From contig OZ024744.1 of NCBI GenBank assembly GCA_964016885.1, positions 54,684,001 to 54,748,000 on the forward strand: a DNA stretch of 64,000 nucleotides. Direction: 5' to 3'. Shown here piece by piece: positions 23,357 to 36,950 of this stretch; the first letter of the stretch is position 1; each line of letters opens with the position of its first letter. A model generated the notes under the pieces. The model saw only the letters and a list, made by a program, of their open reading frames with translations, was not told the origin of the DNA and made no database searches. A program made the translations under genes and the position numbers. This stretch comes from Eledone cirrhosa. Lineage: Eukaryota.

Positions 23357-24770
23357 ATCATCATCATCATCATCATCCTCATCGTTTAACGTCTATCTTC
23401 CACACTAGCATGGGTTTAGACAGGAGTTGTCCTACTTGAGGCAATGTTGATCGGGTGACCATGTCTTGCTTGTATAGGACTGTCTGGCAGGTTTTCTATG
23501 GCTGAATGCCTAAGCATGGTCTGTGACCATGTCTCATCCGTATAGGACTGTCTGGCAGGTGTTTTATGGCTGGATGCCCTTCCTAACACCAACCACGTTT
23601 ACAGTGTGGACTGGGAGGTTTTTACCGTGTTACCTACACGGCCACATTACAGCGTGGACTGTGTGTGTTTTTTGTCGTGACACCTACACGACCTCATTTA
23701 TTTTGGACTGGATGTTGTGGTACCAACATAACTTTACAGAAAGAGGGTGGTGTAGGTGGGAGTGGGAGGATGGAGTAGGGGTAGTGGGTTGGGGTGTATA
23801 TTTGGTTAAGGGGTGCCTACTGACTGTAGGTTTCGCTTTGTACATAGGCAAGGTGGGTCTTCTGCATTACTGCGTGGCACCAAAGATCTCGGTCCAATGA
23901 CATTGTCTTAGAGAGGTGCAAATGTGTAAGGTCGGAATTTAGCAAATCATCCCAGGTTTTTCTGGGTCTGCCTACTCTGTAACTCTGCACTTTTTTATAC
24001 AGCTGTCGTCTTTCATGCGCATCACGTGACCATACCAACGTAGTCTTCTCTCGAGTAAACAGCATCTGATCCCTCTTATTCCTAATTTCTCATTTAGTTC
24101 ATTTATGCTTTGCCGTTCGCGTATATTACTATTACACATCCAACGGAGCATGCAAGCTTTGTTCCTCTCCAATCTACGCAGATCCTCTGCACTCAAAGCC
24201 CATGTCTCACTGCCATGTAACATTGTAGCTTGTATACAGGCATCATACAATCTGCCTTTCATTTTTAGAGAGAAACCTTTAGTGGCCAATTATTAGCTCT
24301 CTGAACTTTTTCCATCCTGTTCTGACTCTGGCTACAGTACTTTCAGAGCACCCTCCACCACTGCTGATTTTGTCACCCAGGTAACAGAAGGTATCCACTA
24401 TTTCTATAGAACCATCTGGGCAATAGAAGGAACTAGTATCCTGTGGGCACTTGCTACTTATTGCACCTGAGCATCGGCCACATATAAAGTCTACATTTTT
24501 AGATAGTTTACCTGTGATACCACTACATCTTTTATGTACCTATAGTTTGCATTTGGGACATAAAATGGAATTTCTGCCTACTCCTTTCCACCACACTGAG
24601 TATGGCCATTTCCCAGAGGGTACCTGTACCCTATTTTCCTTTCTACATACTAGAACGTTAGTCTTAGACAAGTTAACTTTAAGGCCTTTTGATTCTAGGC
24701 TATGCTTCCATGTTTGGAATTTCTTCTCTAGTTCAGCCATCGATTCAGCTATGAGAGTTAGATCATCTGC
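23357..24770 (-). mobile_element. RTE LINE, 5'-truncated, degenerate
   Basis: ADDLTLIAES, HGSETW, GRPRKTW fragments, 3'UTR and (CAT)n. Confidence 0.9.
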
Positions 24771-25095
24771 AATGTAACATTTATATATCAAATAATATAT
24801 AATGTTTACAAATAAACATTTGAAAGTCTTTAGCTATGAATTTTTAAAGAAGCAAACATACTGATTCTATTTCTTGTTCAGGACAAGTCAGCCTAAAGGT
24901 CTCTATATAAATTAGGCTAACACCCCATATACATAAGCATTAAAACTATATGTTTACAGCTTATTTAAGTTCCAGTATGAGGCGAAAATAGGTGCAAATC
25001 CTTGACAACAGCCACACAGCCAGAAACAACTGTTGGTTGCTCCACCCTTTGTAATAATAATAATAATAATAATGATAATAATAATAATAATAATA

Positions 25096-25870
25096 ACCCA
25101 AAGTGCCGGTTCTGCAATGCTGAGGTTGAAACAATGGATCCCTTAGTCTCTGGATGTAAAGTTTTAGCCCCAGTAGAGTACAAATATAGACATGACAGAG
25201 TTGGCCAATATCTAAACTGGGTAATATGTCGGCATTACAAAATCAAAGCTGAAGACAAGTGGTACAATCATCACCCTGAGGCTGTAACTGAAGGAGAAAA
25301 AGTAACAATTCTCTGAGACTTTCCTGTACATACTGACAGGACCATAAAAGCAAATAGACCTGACATCATTATAAAAGATCAACATAACAAGGTATGTTTA
25401 TTGAGAGATATGAGCATCCCATGTGATCACAATATCGCAGCAAAAGAATTTGACAAGCTCGAAAATATAAAGATCTGCTTATTGAAATTGAGAAAATGTG
25501 GCACCTCAAAGCCATTACAATACCAGTGATTGTGGGAGGACTGGGAATAATCAAGAAAGGAACAGAACAATATTTACGAATGATTCCTGGTTTACCCTCT
25601 CTGCACGAGGTGCCAAAAATTGTTTTGACTGGTACTGCACACGTATTGAGAAGAGCACTATCTCTGTAAGATTGATATCCCTCCTTGTATTTACATATGC
25701 ATATGCACATGTGTATATATGTATACTGTGTTTTTTGTTTTTGTTTTTTTTAATTATAATTAATGTGCTGTATTAACTGGCTTACCAATGCACACTGTGA
25801 ATTTATTTGCCCTAGGTGTCAGGAAGATAATCGGCATATATCCAGAAACAATAATGAAAGAAAATAAAAA
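25096..25870 (+). mobile_element. R4/Dong-like REL LINE, 3' fragment
   Basis: KCRFCNAEVETMDPLVSGC, RHDRVG, DFPVHTDRTIKANRPDII, IPVIVGGLG, flanked by (TAA)n. Confidence 0.85.
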
Positions 25871-25889
25871 TAATAATAATAATAATGAT

Positions 25890-28800
25890 TTCTTTATTGG
25901 CCACAAGGACTGACATCAAGAAAAACATTACAGATGGCACAGGATGGTACGATGTGGGTTTTGTGCGTGTAAAGATTTTTATTATTCATAAAAGAAAAGA
26001 AAAAAAAGACATAAAAACATATATATATAAACAATAAAAATGAAAATTGAAACAATGAAAAATTCCCCAATAGGGGGGGAAACCTCCGAGGGTTACTCGT
26101 TTCAAAAACTACACTAAAGACCACGGCCACCCTGACCACCAGGGCAAGAGCCCTCTCTCAATTTTTCCATTCCTCAAACTACAGACGTATATTCAGAGCG
26201 GTCCCGTTCACTCGGACCAGACTCGCTACATTCACCCACTTTTCAACAAACTTGCTAGAAGGCAGCACTTGCCTCTCCACCCTGATTTTCCTCTTCAAGT
26301 GAAACTTGAAAAAGTTAATTAGGGATTCGCCGAATAGGAAAGTGCCTGCCCTTCCTCCTCGAAGGAAGACGGCGAGACCATCTGCACAATGGACTCAGTC
26401 GACAACCGGATCAGTCCTACATGCGACAGCAACTGTTCGACATAGCTCCACAAGTCAGCAATGCTCGGGCACTGAACGAGTGCGTGCACGATGGTTTCGT
26501 CGCTCTGCGCGCATCTCGGACAGGCTCGGCTGACGGCACTTCCGTGCCTGTAGAGCTTATCTCGAACCAGCAAGGCTCCCCGGTAGCACTGCCAGACCAG
26601 GGTTTTTTGGAAGTTATCTTCCAAAAGTTTTCATAGGCTGAAAGTTATCCGGAAGAGAGCAAACAGTTGATCTTCTTCAACGCCCAGGATCTCTCCGAGA
26701 ATGTTGTCGCTCTTCCCCTTCACTAGTCCTCTATAGAACACCGAGGTGGATCTTCCACCGATACTGGTGCCCAGCTGGCAGAGGGCAGTGAGCGCCTAGA
26801 GACATTCCAGTTTCCAAGCGCTATCCCTCGGTCTTTTCCTGACCCAGGACTGCAGTTTCGTCAAGGAGACGAGCTGTGGGAAAACGTGCCTGGCGAACGG
26901 CGACCACACCCGTTCACCGTCAAGGAAGCACCAGAGATGTCGCAGCCTCAGCGCATGTTTGTGCATCATCAGCCATAGCATGCCCAGTCCGCAATGGGTG
27001 TTGACAGCAGATGGATCGTCTGACCATGGGAGCGCATCCCTTCCACAAAAAGCGGAAGAGTAGGCGCTCCATTTTGCTGAGAGTTGGGCCGGAGCAAGGG
27101 ACGACGGTGAGGCGGTAGCAGATGATGGATGCGATGTACGCATTCGCCACCTCCGCCCGGCCTTTCAGGGACAGCTTCCTCTCCACCCATTTCTGGGTGA
27201 GGGAGGCCACCCTGCTCGTCACCTCGTTCCAGTTTTTCTCCATCTGGAGGTCCAGTCTGAACCAGACCTCAAGCAATTTAACCGGTCTGTCCGTCCAATG
27301 CCCCACGATGCTGTCAGACGGCATGGACTTGCCTCTCTAGGTGCCAAGCTACAAGCCCACCGACTTTTCCTGGTTTATCTTTGCTCCTGTCACGGCTTCG
27401 TATTCCTTGAGAGCGGTGTCGAGCATCTGGACGTGTCTGGTGCTCGACACCAGCACGGTGACGTCATCGGCATAAGGCGACTCCGATGCCCCCAGTTTGC
27501 GCAGTAATGGCTCCAGAGCCAATACGTACAAGAAGGATGAGAGGGGACAACCCTGGTGGACCGAGCGCATGATGCTGAACGACTGCGACAGGTGACCGTT
27601 CACCCTCACAACTGAACAGATGTCGCTGTACATCGCAGCGATCCAATCCCTGAAAACAGGCCTGAAACCGGCTGCCTTTGGGAACACCACCAGGTACCAA
27701 TGGTCGACCCTATCGAATGCTTTGGATTGATCCAAGTTGATCAGGGCCCCACCCGTACCAGGTTCCTTAACCACCCTCTCTATGATGTATCGCATGAGGT
27801 GGAGGTTGTCGTGTATGGATCTGTCCGGAATCACGCATGCCTGTGCCTCTCCCACCAGACCCTTGACGACAAGCACCAACCTTGTTGCTAACACCTTGGC
27901 CAAAATCTTGAACTCTGCGTTTAGCAGGGTTATGGCCCTGAAATTATTGATAACATCCCCCTTCTTCGGGTCTTTTCTCAGCAGCTCCCCGGCTCTCAAA
28001 ACTTGGAATGCTCCCGTTCTGCTGCCAGTTTCAGTAGACGTCTGCCAAGAGGTCACCAAACAAGTCTGGCATAAATGCATAAAGCTCGTAGGGCAGACCA
28101 TCCAAACCTGGTGATTTACCCCTCGAGCAGTCAGCCATCGCTTCCCGTATTTCACCGGCTGTTATTGGCTTTTCGCAACACTGTGCTGCGGTCGTCGAGA
28201 GCCGAGGCAGTCCGTCGAGGTATGCACTGAAGTCCATACCCTGATCTGGCCCGCCGCTGCTCCCGAACGGTTCAGCAAAGTGCTGCTGAAAAGTCTCACA
28301 CATCTGCTCGAGTTCGAGCAACACGCGCCCATTTTGGTCAGATAAAGACCGAATTGTGACTTTGTTGAAGAATTGGTCGAGTGCCAATCTCGCCGCAAGC
28401 ACGTCGGTTGCGATGCCTGTCCTAAACGCCTCTTCTAGCTTTCTGACTAGCTCTCCCTCTACTCTATTTTCCTCTATCACTAGTCCTTTGCTAAACCTAA
28501 TCGACTCTACTTTAATTGCTCTTTTCAGGACGAACCACCACCTGTTGTTGACGACCGCTCCTGTCAACGCCCGCTTAACTAATACGCTAATCCGGTCTTT
28601 GTAGGCTTTGCGCGCCGGGAAAGACGCGTTCAACTTCCAATAACCGGGTCCTTATCTATGAAGTCTGTCTATGTCGATCTCACAGATCACAAATTTGTGG
28701 TCTGTGTAGTCGACTATTTTAAATTGTGGGCAACTTATACTAGCCTTATCTAGTTCCCTGCAGAATACCCTATCGAGATACGATCTGGATACCCCGATGC

Positions 28801-29105
28801 GGTTTGTCCATGTCCACATAGGTACATTAGGATGATCCAGTCGATACCTGTAAGACAGTTCAAAACGTCTGAGCAGGTTGGTGAGGCCCTTGCACCCTCC
28901 TCCCCTATCCACTAGCCCCACACAATCCCAGCATGTATCCAAGATACCGTTCCAGTCGCCTACTAACACTAAAGAGTGGGACGTTCCAAGAAAGGTCTCT
29001 AGACGTCTGAAGAAATCTGGCCGTCCTGCCCCTGTTGGGCCGTAGACGTCCAGCACCACCGACCTACCTTCTGGGTCTAGGAAGATCGCCCGTATAGCGA
29101 GATCC
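25890..29105 (-). mobile_element. Tx1/L1-clade LINE ORF2 relic (APE-RT-CCHC)
   Basis: VYGP, LVGDWN, WTW, SYLDRV, TDHK; KSPGLDGLPYELY, NFRAITLLNAEFKILAKVL, LDQSKAFDRVDH, QGCPLS, YADD; CPRC..ETIVHALVQC; AATAAA at the 3' end; flanked by (TAA)n. Confidence 0.9.
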
Positions 29106-29139
<34 letters not shown>

Positions 29140-29140
<1 letters not shown>

Positions 29141-29332
29141 TCTTGCTACTTTTGGTATAAGGCCAGCAATTACTCCAGTGCATTACTGGTGGATTATTTT
29201 ATCGGCCCCATAAGAATGAAAGGCAAAGTTAACCTCGGCGGATTTGAACTCAGAATGTAAAGGACCATAACTCTATGCTGCAAAGCATAGTGTCTGACAC
29301 TCTACTGATACTGCCAATCCCCTACCCAAAGA
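29140..29332 (-). mobile_element. tRNA-derived SINE (family A)
   Basis: A/B-box head (gagttcaaatcc) and a conserved gcctttcatcct..ggggtcgataaaat..accagt core. Multiple copies occur in the window. Confidence 0.8.
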
Positions 29333-29689
29333 GTTAACCACCTCCCTAATAATAATAATAATTATAATAATGACAATGAAAGTGAAAAGGGTAGATTTCG
29401 ATAATTCATTTTATTATGTAATTCACAGTAATATGCACAGTTAATGCTCTAGATACATTCCTAAAATGCTGTACTAAACAAACCAACATTATAGAATTGT
29501 TATATTATGGTATAAATACCAATTTTATATGGACACAAATGAAAAAAATAGGCAGTATTGGTAAACAACTCAAAAATCCAGAAACTCCCTGTCACACTTT
29601 CTGAATCATCATTATCTTTGTTTTAAGCCTGTCTGTTTTTTTTTTGTTTTGTTTTTTTACTTGTGTTCCTTTGTCATCTCCTCTGCAAG

Positions 29690-30050
29690 GTTCAGTATTC
29701 TGAGATTAGATATCACCAGTTCTGTTCAAGTCCTCCTTTATCTTCCTCTACTGCAACTTCCTTCCATTGGGATTTCTTGGCACCCCTTTATCCAATAGTT
29801 ATCATCTATACACATCAAATGTCCATACCAGTGCAGCCTTCACCCTTGTACACTACATCTGATTCCTGTTATACCCAGTTTTTCTCTCAGCTCAGCCATG
29901 CTTTATCTTTCATGCACATTAACATTACACAACCATTAAAGCATGCTCCCTTCATTTCTCTCAAGTCTTCGCATATCCTTTGCATTCGCTGTCCATGACT
30001 CACTGCCATGCAGCATCACACTTCTTGTGCAGGCATCATACAATCTACCA
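29690..30050 (-). mobile_element. RTE LINE fragment
   Basis: Degenerate LYDACTRSVMLHGSESW...RLHWYGH segment. Confidence 0.7.
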
Positions 30051-30175
30051 AACATTTGATAATTTTAAGTAACTTCACTCATTGTGATGTAACACTGAGA
30101 TCTACAGGCATAATAAAATTAGAAAACAAGTTTAAGATTTAATGTTATAATAAAATTATTAACCTGGTTAAATTA

Positions 30176-30367
30176 CTGTATATACTCAAATATAAGCCAA
30201 GGAATATGTGACCCAAAAACCGATGTTAGAAGGGGGTTAACTTATATTCGGAGGTCACTATTTCAACGATTTTGACAATCTTCAAATTCTATGTAAATAA
30301 GGTTTGGATTTTTGGCCATTTCTCAGACATAAAATAGTGGGGTCGACTTATATTCGAGTATATACAG
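30176..30367. mobile_element. MITE (Tc1/pogo-type)
   Basis: TIRs of about 23 bp (ctgtatatactc.aatataag.c) with TA target duplication. Confidence 0.8.
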
Positions 30368-30929
30368 TAATCGAGAGCCTAATTCACCATTAATTTAGTA
30401 GAAAAGTAACTGAGAAATATGACGGAAGAGGTTGTATCTAAGGAGATGAGCCAGGCTGTATTTATTCTTAACACATGGGGTACATTTTTAAGAATGTATC
30501 TAATGATGTGTGTGTATTCTATGAGTCTTCTCTCACAAAAGAATTCACGATAGCAGGATATTATGTCTAAGAAACTTGTTCTTACTTTGTTGCTGAGTAA
30601 TTCTCAGCAAATTGTCCCATGATTTCCTTAATCTTGTAATTAAGGAATTCAATAGAAAGAATTCTTTCTATATTTGGATGTATTGCTGAGCTAACTCCTG
30701 CAGTTCTTCAACAGAAGGTATTTTACTGAGATTCTGTTAACTTATATTTAGTTAAGCTATACACAAAATATCAACAAACAGTGATTTGGTGAACTGTTGT
30801 TTATTGCATGACAAACATTTACAAATGTAAGAAGGAGCAATCTATTCCTAAAGTCTAGGTCTTGTTACCTACCTCACCAGAAGTGCCTTCACTGCTGACC
30901 AGTTCGATAACAAGTCTGCAGTAAAGGTC

Positions 30930-31170
30930 CTCTGCCAACAGTTCATCTTTTACAAGCTCAGGGACAATGTTTACAAACTCTTCCAAATCTTCCGCATTAA
31001 AATTTTGCATTCTCCCTTCATTGACTGGCTAGCTCAACACTGTTACTGATAAGTACTAGCATTGTTTTTACTTCATGAAGTCTTTAGATGCTTCTGACCA
31101 GAGTTTTTTCCAAACTCTTGTGCAGTTGTCAGTAATTTTAATCCAGGCTCCTTTGATATTATAGTCTTCA
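30930..31170 (-). pseudogene. Possible pogo/Tigger transposase C-terminal relic
   Basis: NIKGAWIKITDNCTRVWKKLW followed by an acidic stretch. Motif resemblance only. Confidence 0.35.
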
Positions 31171-31635
31171 TGATATGGTAGTTTTACCAAAGGTCCCTGG
31201 GTGAATTGGCAGAATCATTAGAGTGTCAAATAGAATGCTTTGAGGTATTCATTCCATCTCTTTGCTTTTCATTCTTTCTCTTAAGTACCACTTAAGCACT
31301 GGGGATCAATCCCCCCCCCCCCATCTCTATCTATCTATTTTTCATCAGCTATGTGAAGGGGTCAAGAAGATTGTGCTAACATTTAAGAGATGGAGCCCCA
31401 ACAATCTTTTCATTACCACACTGTGGATATGAAAAAAGAAAGAGAGAAAGAGAGAAAGAGATAAAGAGAGAAAGAAAGAAAGTAAGAAAGAAAGCATATA
31501 GTCACTGTAGTAATGTATGTAGTACTATTTTATTGAAATAAATGTCCTCCATATTAGAAACAGAAGAGTGGTATCTTGAAACAGAATATATACATATACA
31601 CACACACACGCATATATATATACACATATACCCAC

Positions 31636-32110
31636 ACCATCTGAGTGAGTTTCTTGGTCAGTGTCCAAGTCTCAGACCCACACAGCAGCACAGACTCCAC
31701 TACAGCAATGAAGAGGCGGATTTTCAGGTCTCTACGAAGGTCCGACTTCCACACCGATCTCAAGCTGTGGCACGCCGCCCAGACCTTGCTCTTCCTCTCA
31801 ACCACATCATCTTCCGTATTCCCAATCTTTGCTCCCAAATACAGGGAGTCCTCAACCAATTCCAGCGGCTTCCCGCCTACATTAGTGATCCCCTCTGGCT
31901 TCTCAACATTCTCTACCAGATTTGGGAGCCCCTACATGGACACACTAGAAGAGGAAGACCAAGGTTAACATATGTTGATGCCCTAAGGACAGACACTAGT
32001 CTGTTGGAGATGCAGGATATGGCAGCGATAATGAGGGACAGAGACCGCTGGAGAGAACTCGTCCATGGATCTCGGGAATTTTACCCACCTTAGATAGATA
32101 GATAGATAGA
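31636..32110. mobile_element. RTE/RTEX-like LINE 3' fragment with 5' inversion
   Basis: Minus 31636-31880 encodes YLG...KIRLF..VESVLLCGSETWTL. Plus 31900-32093 encodes RRGRPRLTYVD..DRDRWRELV, followed by a (TAGA)n tail. Confidence 0.8.
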
Positions 32111-32177
32111 TACACACACACACATAGATATATATACATACATATACACACACACATGCATATATAAATATATATAC

Positions 32178-32214
<37 letters not shown>

Positions 32215-32402
32215 CACACAACACACATATACATATATATATATACATATATATATACATATATACACACACATACATATATATATATACATATACACAT
32301 GCATATATATATATACACATATACATATACACATACATATATATACATATACACACAACACACATAAACATATATATATATACATATATATATACATATA
32401 TA
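32111..32402. repeat. (TA)n/(CA)n microsatellite
   Basis: Direct reading. Confidence 0.95.
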
Positions 32403-32879
32403 TTTTTGCATTCTTGCAAAAATATACACAACTGAATTCATTCGCCTGATATAGGGGTTGCCTCCCTTGCCGATCCCCACGTGGAGTCAGCAATAGTCAG
32501 TCCTTGTATTAACATTGAACTAAAACCTGTTGAGAAAGTGGCTTCCTTGTTCAATCATCTTACCAGAAGCCTGACATTTTTAATGTAAGCGGACGGTACT
32601 TGATATAGGAGCCGCAGAAACCCATATACTGGATTTTACCAACCTTCCAGGGGTCCGGGTAAATTTTCAATACCCGAATTGCTTGATCGTTTTTTTTTTT
32701 GGCTATGCGAATGATTGTTTAACCATCGTCTCAGTGTGTTTGGCCTTTAACGTTTGTTATAGCTCTAGTTCACCTGAATCATTGAGCACTTGCCTCACAT
32801 CTCGGAGGTTGTTTTTCGTTATTTCGAGGGCCGAAATGCGAATCTTGATAATTTATGTTTTTATATACATATATAGACA

Positions 32880-33900
32880 TATATACCTATACACACAATA
32901 CACACACAAACATACAACACACACAACACACACACACACCCATACACTCACACACACAAGCATACAACACATACAAACACACACAACACACAAACACATA
33001 CACACACAAACACCCATACACACACAGCCACACACACACGCTCACACACGACACACATACACATTACACACGACATACACACACAACATCACCCCCACCC
33101 ACACACATACACATACACCCACACACACGCATACATACACACACACCCACCCCACAAACACAACACACAAACACACACACACACACATACACAATACACC
33201 CCCACACAAACACACACACAACACATACACTCACACACAACCCCCTCCCACACACACACACACATGACACACACACACATGACACACACAACCCCCCCCT
33301 ACACACACACAATACACATACACCCGACACACACACAGATGACACAACGCACACACAATACACATACACACACACACACACAACACACACACACAACACA
33401 CAATACACACACAACACAACCCACAACACACAACCCACAACACACAATACACATAACACACACACAACACACCCCACAGCACACAACACACAACACACAC
33501 ACACAACACACAATACACACAACACACACACTCAATACACAGACAACACACAGCACACACACAACACACACACAACACACACACACACACACAACACACA
33601 CACAACACACACACACACAACACACAAACACAACACACAACACGCAACACACACACAACACACAATCACACACACACACACAACACACACACAACACACA
33701 AACACAACACACAATACACACAACACACAACACACACACAACACAGACAACACAACACACACACAACACACAACACACAACACACACACAACACACAACG
33801 CACACACAACACACAACATACACACAACACACAACGCACACACAACACACAACACACACACAACGCACAACGCACACACAACACACAACATACAGACACA
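32880..33900. repeat. CA-rich (CA)n/(CACAA)n low-complexity array
   Basis: Direct reading. Confidence 0.95.
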
Positions 33901-34029
33901 AATAAAATACAATGAATTATTTCCAGACCAGTTTAAGAAAAGAAGACTCAGCTGTCAACCTTGAACTGAAAACTGTTGGCTGTGGATCACTTACTAATTA
34001 GGTGACATGTTTTATTTTTACTTCCCTCA

Positions 34030-34079
34030 ATAACAACAATAACAACCTCAGCTACTACTACTACTACTACTAGTACTAG

Positions 34080-34129
<50 letters not shown>

Positions 34130-34243
34130 TTGCTGCTGCTACTACTACAACTACTACACCAGCCACTACTACTACTACACCAGCTACTACTACTACTACT
34201 ATTACTACTACGACTACTACTACTGCTACTACTACTACACCAG

Positions 34244-34302
<59 letters not shown>

Positions 34303-34375
34303 GCTACTGCTGCTGTTGCTGCTGCTACTACTACTACTACTACACCAGCCACTACTACTACTACTACTACACCAG

Positions 34376-34428
<53 letters not shown>

Positions 34429-34489
34429 GCTACTGTTGCTGCTGCTACTACTACAACTACTACACCAGCCACTACTACTACTACTCCAG

Positions 34490-34566
<77 letters not shown>

Positions 34567-34627
34567 GCTACTGTTGCTGCTGCTACTACTACAACTACTA
34601 CACCAGCCACTACTACTACTACTCCAG

Positions 34628-34701
<74 letters not shown>

Positions 34702-35030
34702 GCTACTGTTGCTGCTGCTACTACTACAACTACTACACCAGCCACTACTACTACTACTCCAGCCACTACTACTACTACTACTACGGCTACTACTACTACT
34801 ACTACTGCTACTACTACTACACCAGCCACCACTACTACTACGGCTACTACTACTACTACTGCTACTACTACTACACCAGCCACTACTACTACTACTACAA
34901 CAACAACAACCACTACTACAACCACAACAACAACAACAACAACAACTGCAACAACAACAACCACTAATACAACCACAATAACAGCCACTACTCCATTTTA
35001 AAACAACAACTACAAGAACAACAGTCCCTA
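34030..35030. repeat. (CTA)n-based compound trinucleotide array with higher-order units
   Basis: CTA runs are punctuated periodically by ccagcca and ctgttgctgctg. The poly-V, poly-S and poly-L ORFs are artefacts. Confidence 0.95.
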
Positions 35031-35039
35031 CTACAATTA

Positions 35040-35580
35040 CTGCGGATCCACCGTAGATTCTTTCTGCCTCCACCCACTCTCCTGTCGCTACACTGCCGGC
35101 CGCCTTCCCACCATGCTGATCTCAATGAAGTCATAAAGCATGGCTTGGATGCTGTAGGTTCCCCCGCCCAGCTCGGGCCGGCGAGGTTGGACCGAGGGGA
35201 TGGCATGACCATCTTCTGCAGTCATAAACCCCACATCTGGGATGCCACATGCAACGATACATTTTCCAGCGGTAACCTGGTGCAGTCTGCGACTAACCCA
35301 GGCTCTGCTGCACTTTAGGCCGAGGAGGGTAAACTCTCCAAATATCGGTCGTTCTCCGACAGGTTTGCGGTCGAGCCCGTAGCAGTGGATACTTCTGGTG
35401 TCGGTGGCCCTAGGACCACTACCCACTCACTACCATCGGCAGAGAATTGATTACATGCAGGTGTGAACCTTGCAAGCTGGAATGGCTCTTCCAGCACATC
35501 TCCCTTACCATGTTCCGGAAAACACCTTCTCTATTCTGTCTCCCCGGGGGCCATGGGGCGGCCAGTGCGTGGGCCGCCAT
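35040..35580 (+). mobile_element. CRE-like REL LINE, 3' fragment
   Basis: Plus strand reads GMTIF..IWDATCNDTF..PGSAAL*AEEGKLSKY..EPVAVDTSGVGGP..QHISL. Confidence 0.7.
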
Positions 35581-36539
35581 TTACTTGTGGTTGGTGGTGT
35601 TGGTGGTGGTGGTGGTGGTGGTGGTGGTTGTGGTGATGGTGTTGGTGGTGGTGGTGGTGGTGGTGGTGGTTGTGGTGATGGTGATGATGATGAATGCTTT
35701 GATGTTCTGTTTCAACTGATATTGGTCTATTTGTCATAATTCTGTGTTTGTGTGCCTTGGTGTGTCTGGGTGTGTGTGTATGTGTATTGGGGGGAGGGGG
35801 CTGTGCTTGTGTTTATGTGTATATGTATGTGTATGTGTGTGTGTGATAGCGGTGCCTGTGTGTGTAGGGGGGGGGGGGGGGGTCTGTGCTTGACTGTCTG
35901 TGTATGCATGCACATAATTGTGTGGGAATGTGTTTGTGTGTGCTTGTACATGTACTTATGCAAGATTGGTTTGTGTATTTGTTTGTTTGTGTATGTGTAT
36001 ATGTGTGTGTATGTGTGTATGTGTGTTTGTGTGTGTGTATGTGTGTGTGGGGGGGGGGTATATATGAACAAATATTTTTGTTTTTGTCTTGTTTTGTCCT
36101 TTGTATAATCTAAAGAGAATTGGAGGGAGGACGTGACAGAGAGAGGGAGACAGAGAGAGAGAGAGAGACAATGGTGAGGAGAGTGTGAGAGAGAGAGAAA
36201 GAGACAGACAGAAGAGGAGAGAGGGTGTGAAAGGGAGAGAGGGAGAGAGAGACAAAGGGTGTGTGAGGAAGTGAGAAGAAGAGGAAGAAAGACAGATAGA
36301 ATGGCAGAGAAGGGGTGAGAGGGAGAAAGAGAAAGAGATAAACATAATGGTGGGGAGTGCATGTGAGAGAGAGAGACAGATAGAATGGTGGGAAGAGTGT
36401 GTGAGAGAGAGAGCGAGAGAGACAGTAAGAGACAGACAGAGATGAGAACTAATTTGTTAAATCCCAGACAGGCCAGGAGCCCACATTCTTGCTTACATAT
36501 GGTCCCACACTCTACTGAGTGCATTTTATCATTAGGGAG

Positions 36540-36950
36540 GCTGTCATGTCTTTGACATAACTGAAAGGGCCTCCCAACCCATTATTTGGCAAGTTTTCTA
36601 TGGCTGGATACCTTCCTAATACCAACCACTTTACTGTGTGTACTGAAAGTGTTTATAATGTAGATCACTAACACTAGAGAGGTTGTCATATTCTTGAAAC
36701 CACTGAAGGGTCCTCCAAACCCTTTGTTTGGCAAGTTTTCTATGGCTGAATACCTTCCTAATACCAACCACTTTACTGTGTGTACTGGGTGTATTTATCA
36801 TGTAAATCACCAACAATGTAAAGATTGCGATGCCATTAACGCAACTGAAATCTCCTCACAAATCTTTTGGCATGGTTTCTACAATGGGATGTCCTTCCTA
36901 TCACCCACCCCCTTACAGGATGTACTGGCTGCATTTTTGTAGCACCAATA
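36540..36950 (-). repeat. Tandem units of about 130 bp resembling an RTE 3'UTR
   Basis: Repeated ggcaagttttctatggctg.ataccttcctaataccaaccac. Related to 13570-13870 and 48690-49080. Confidence 0.6.

Noticed and set aside
32770-32850. GAAA-tgcgaa-TC as an HHR 3' half
   Set aside because: No matching CUGANGA core or stem I upstream.
33987-35073. 333-341 aa poly-Val/Ser/Leu ORFs
   Set aside because: Stop-free frames of a trinucleotide array, with no domain and no splice context.
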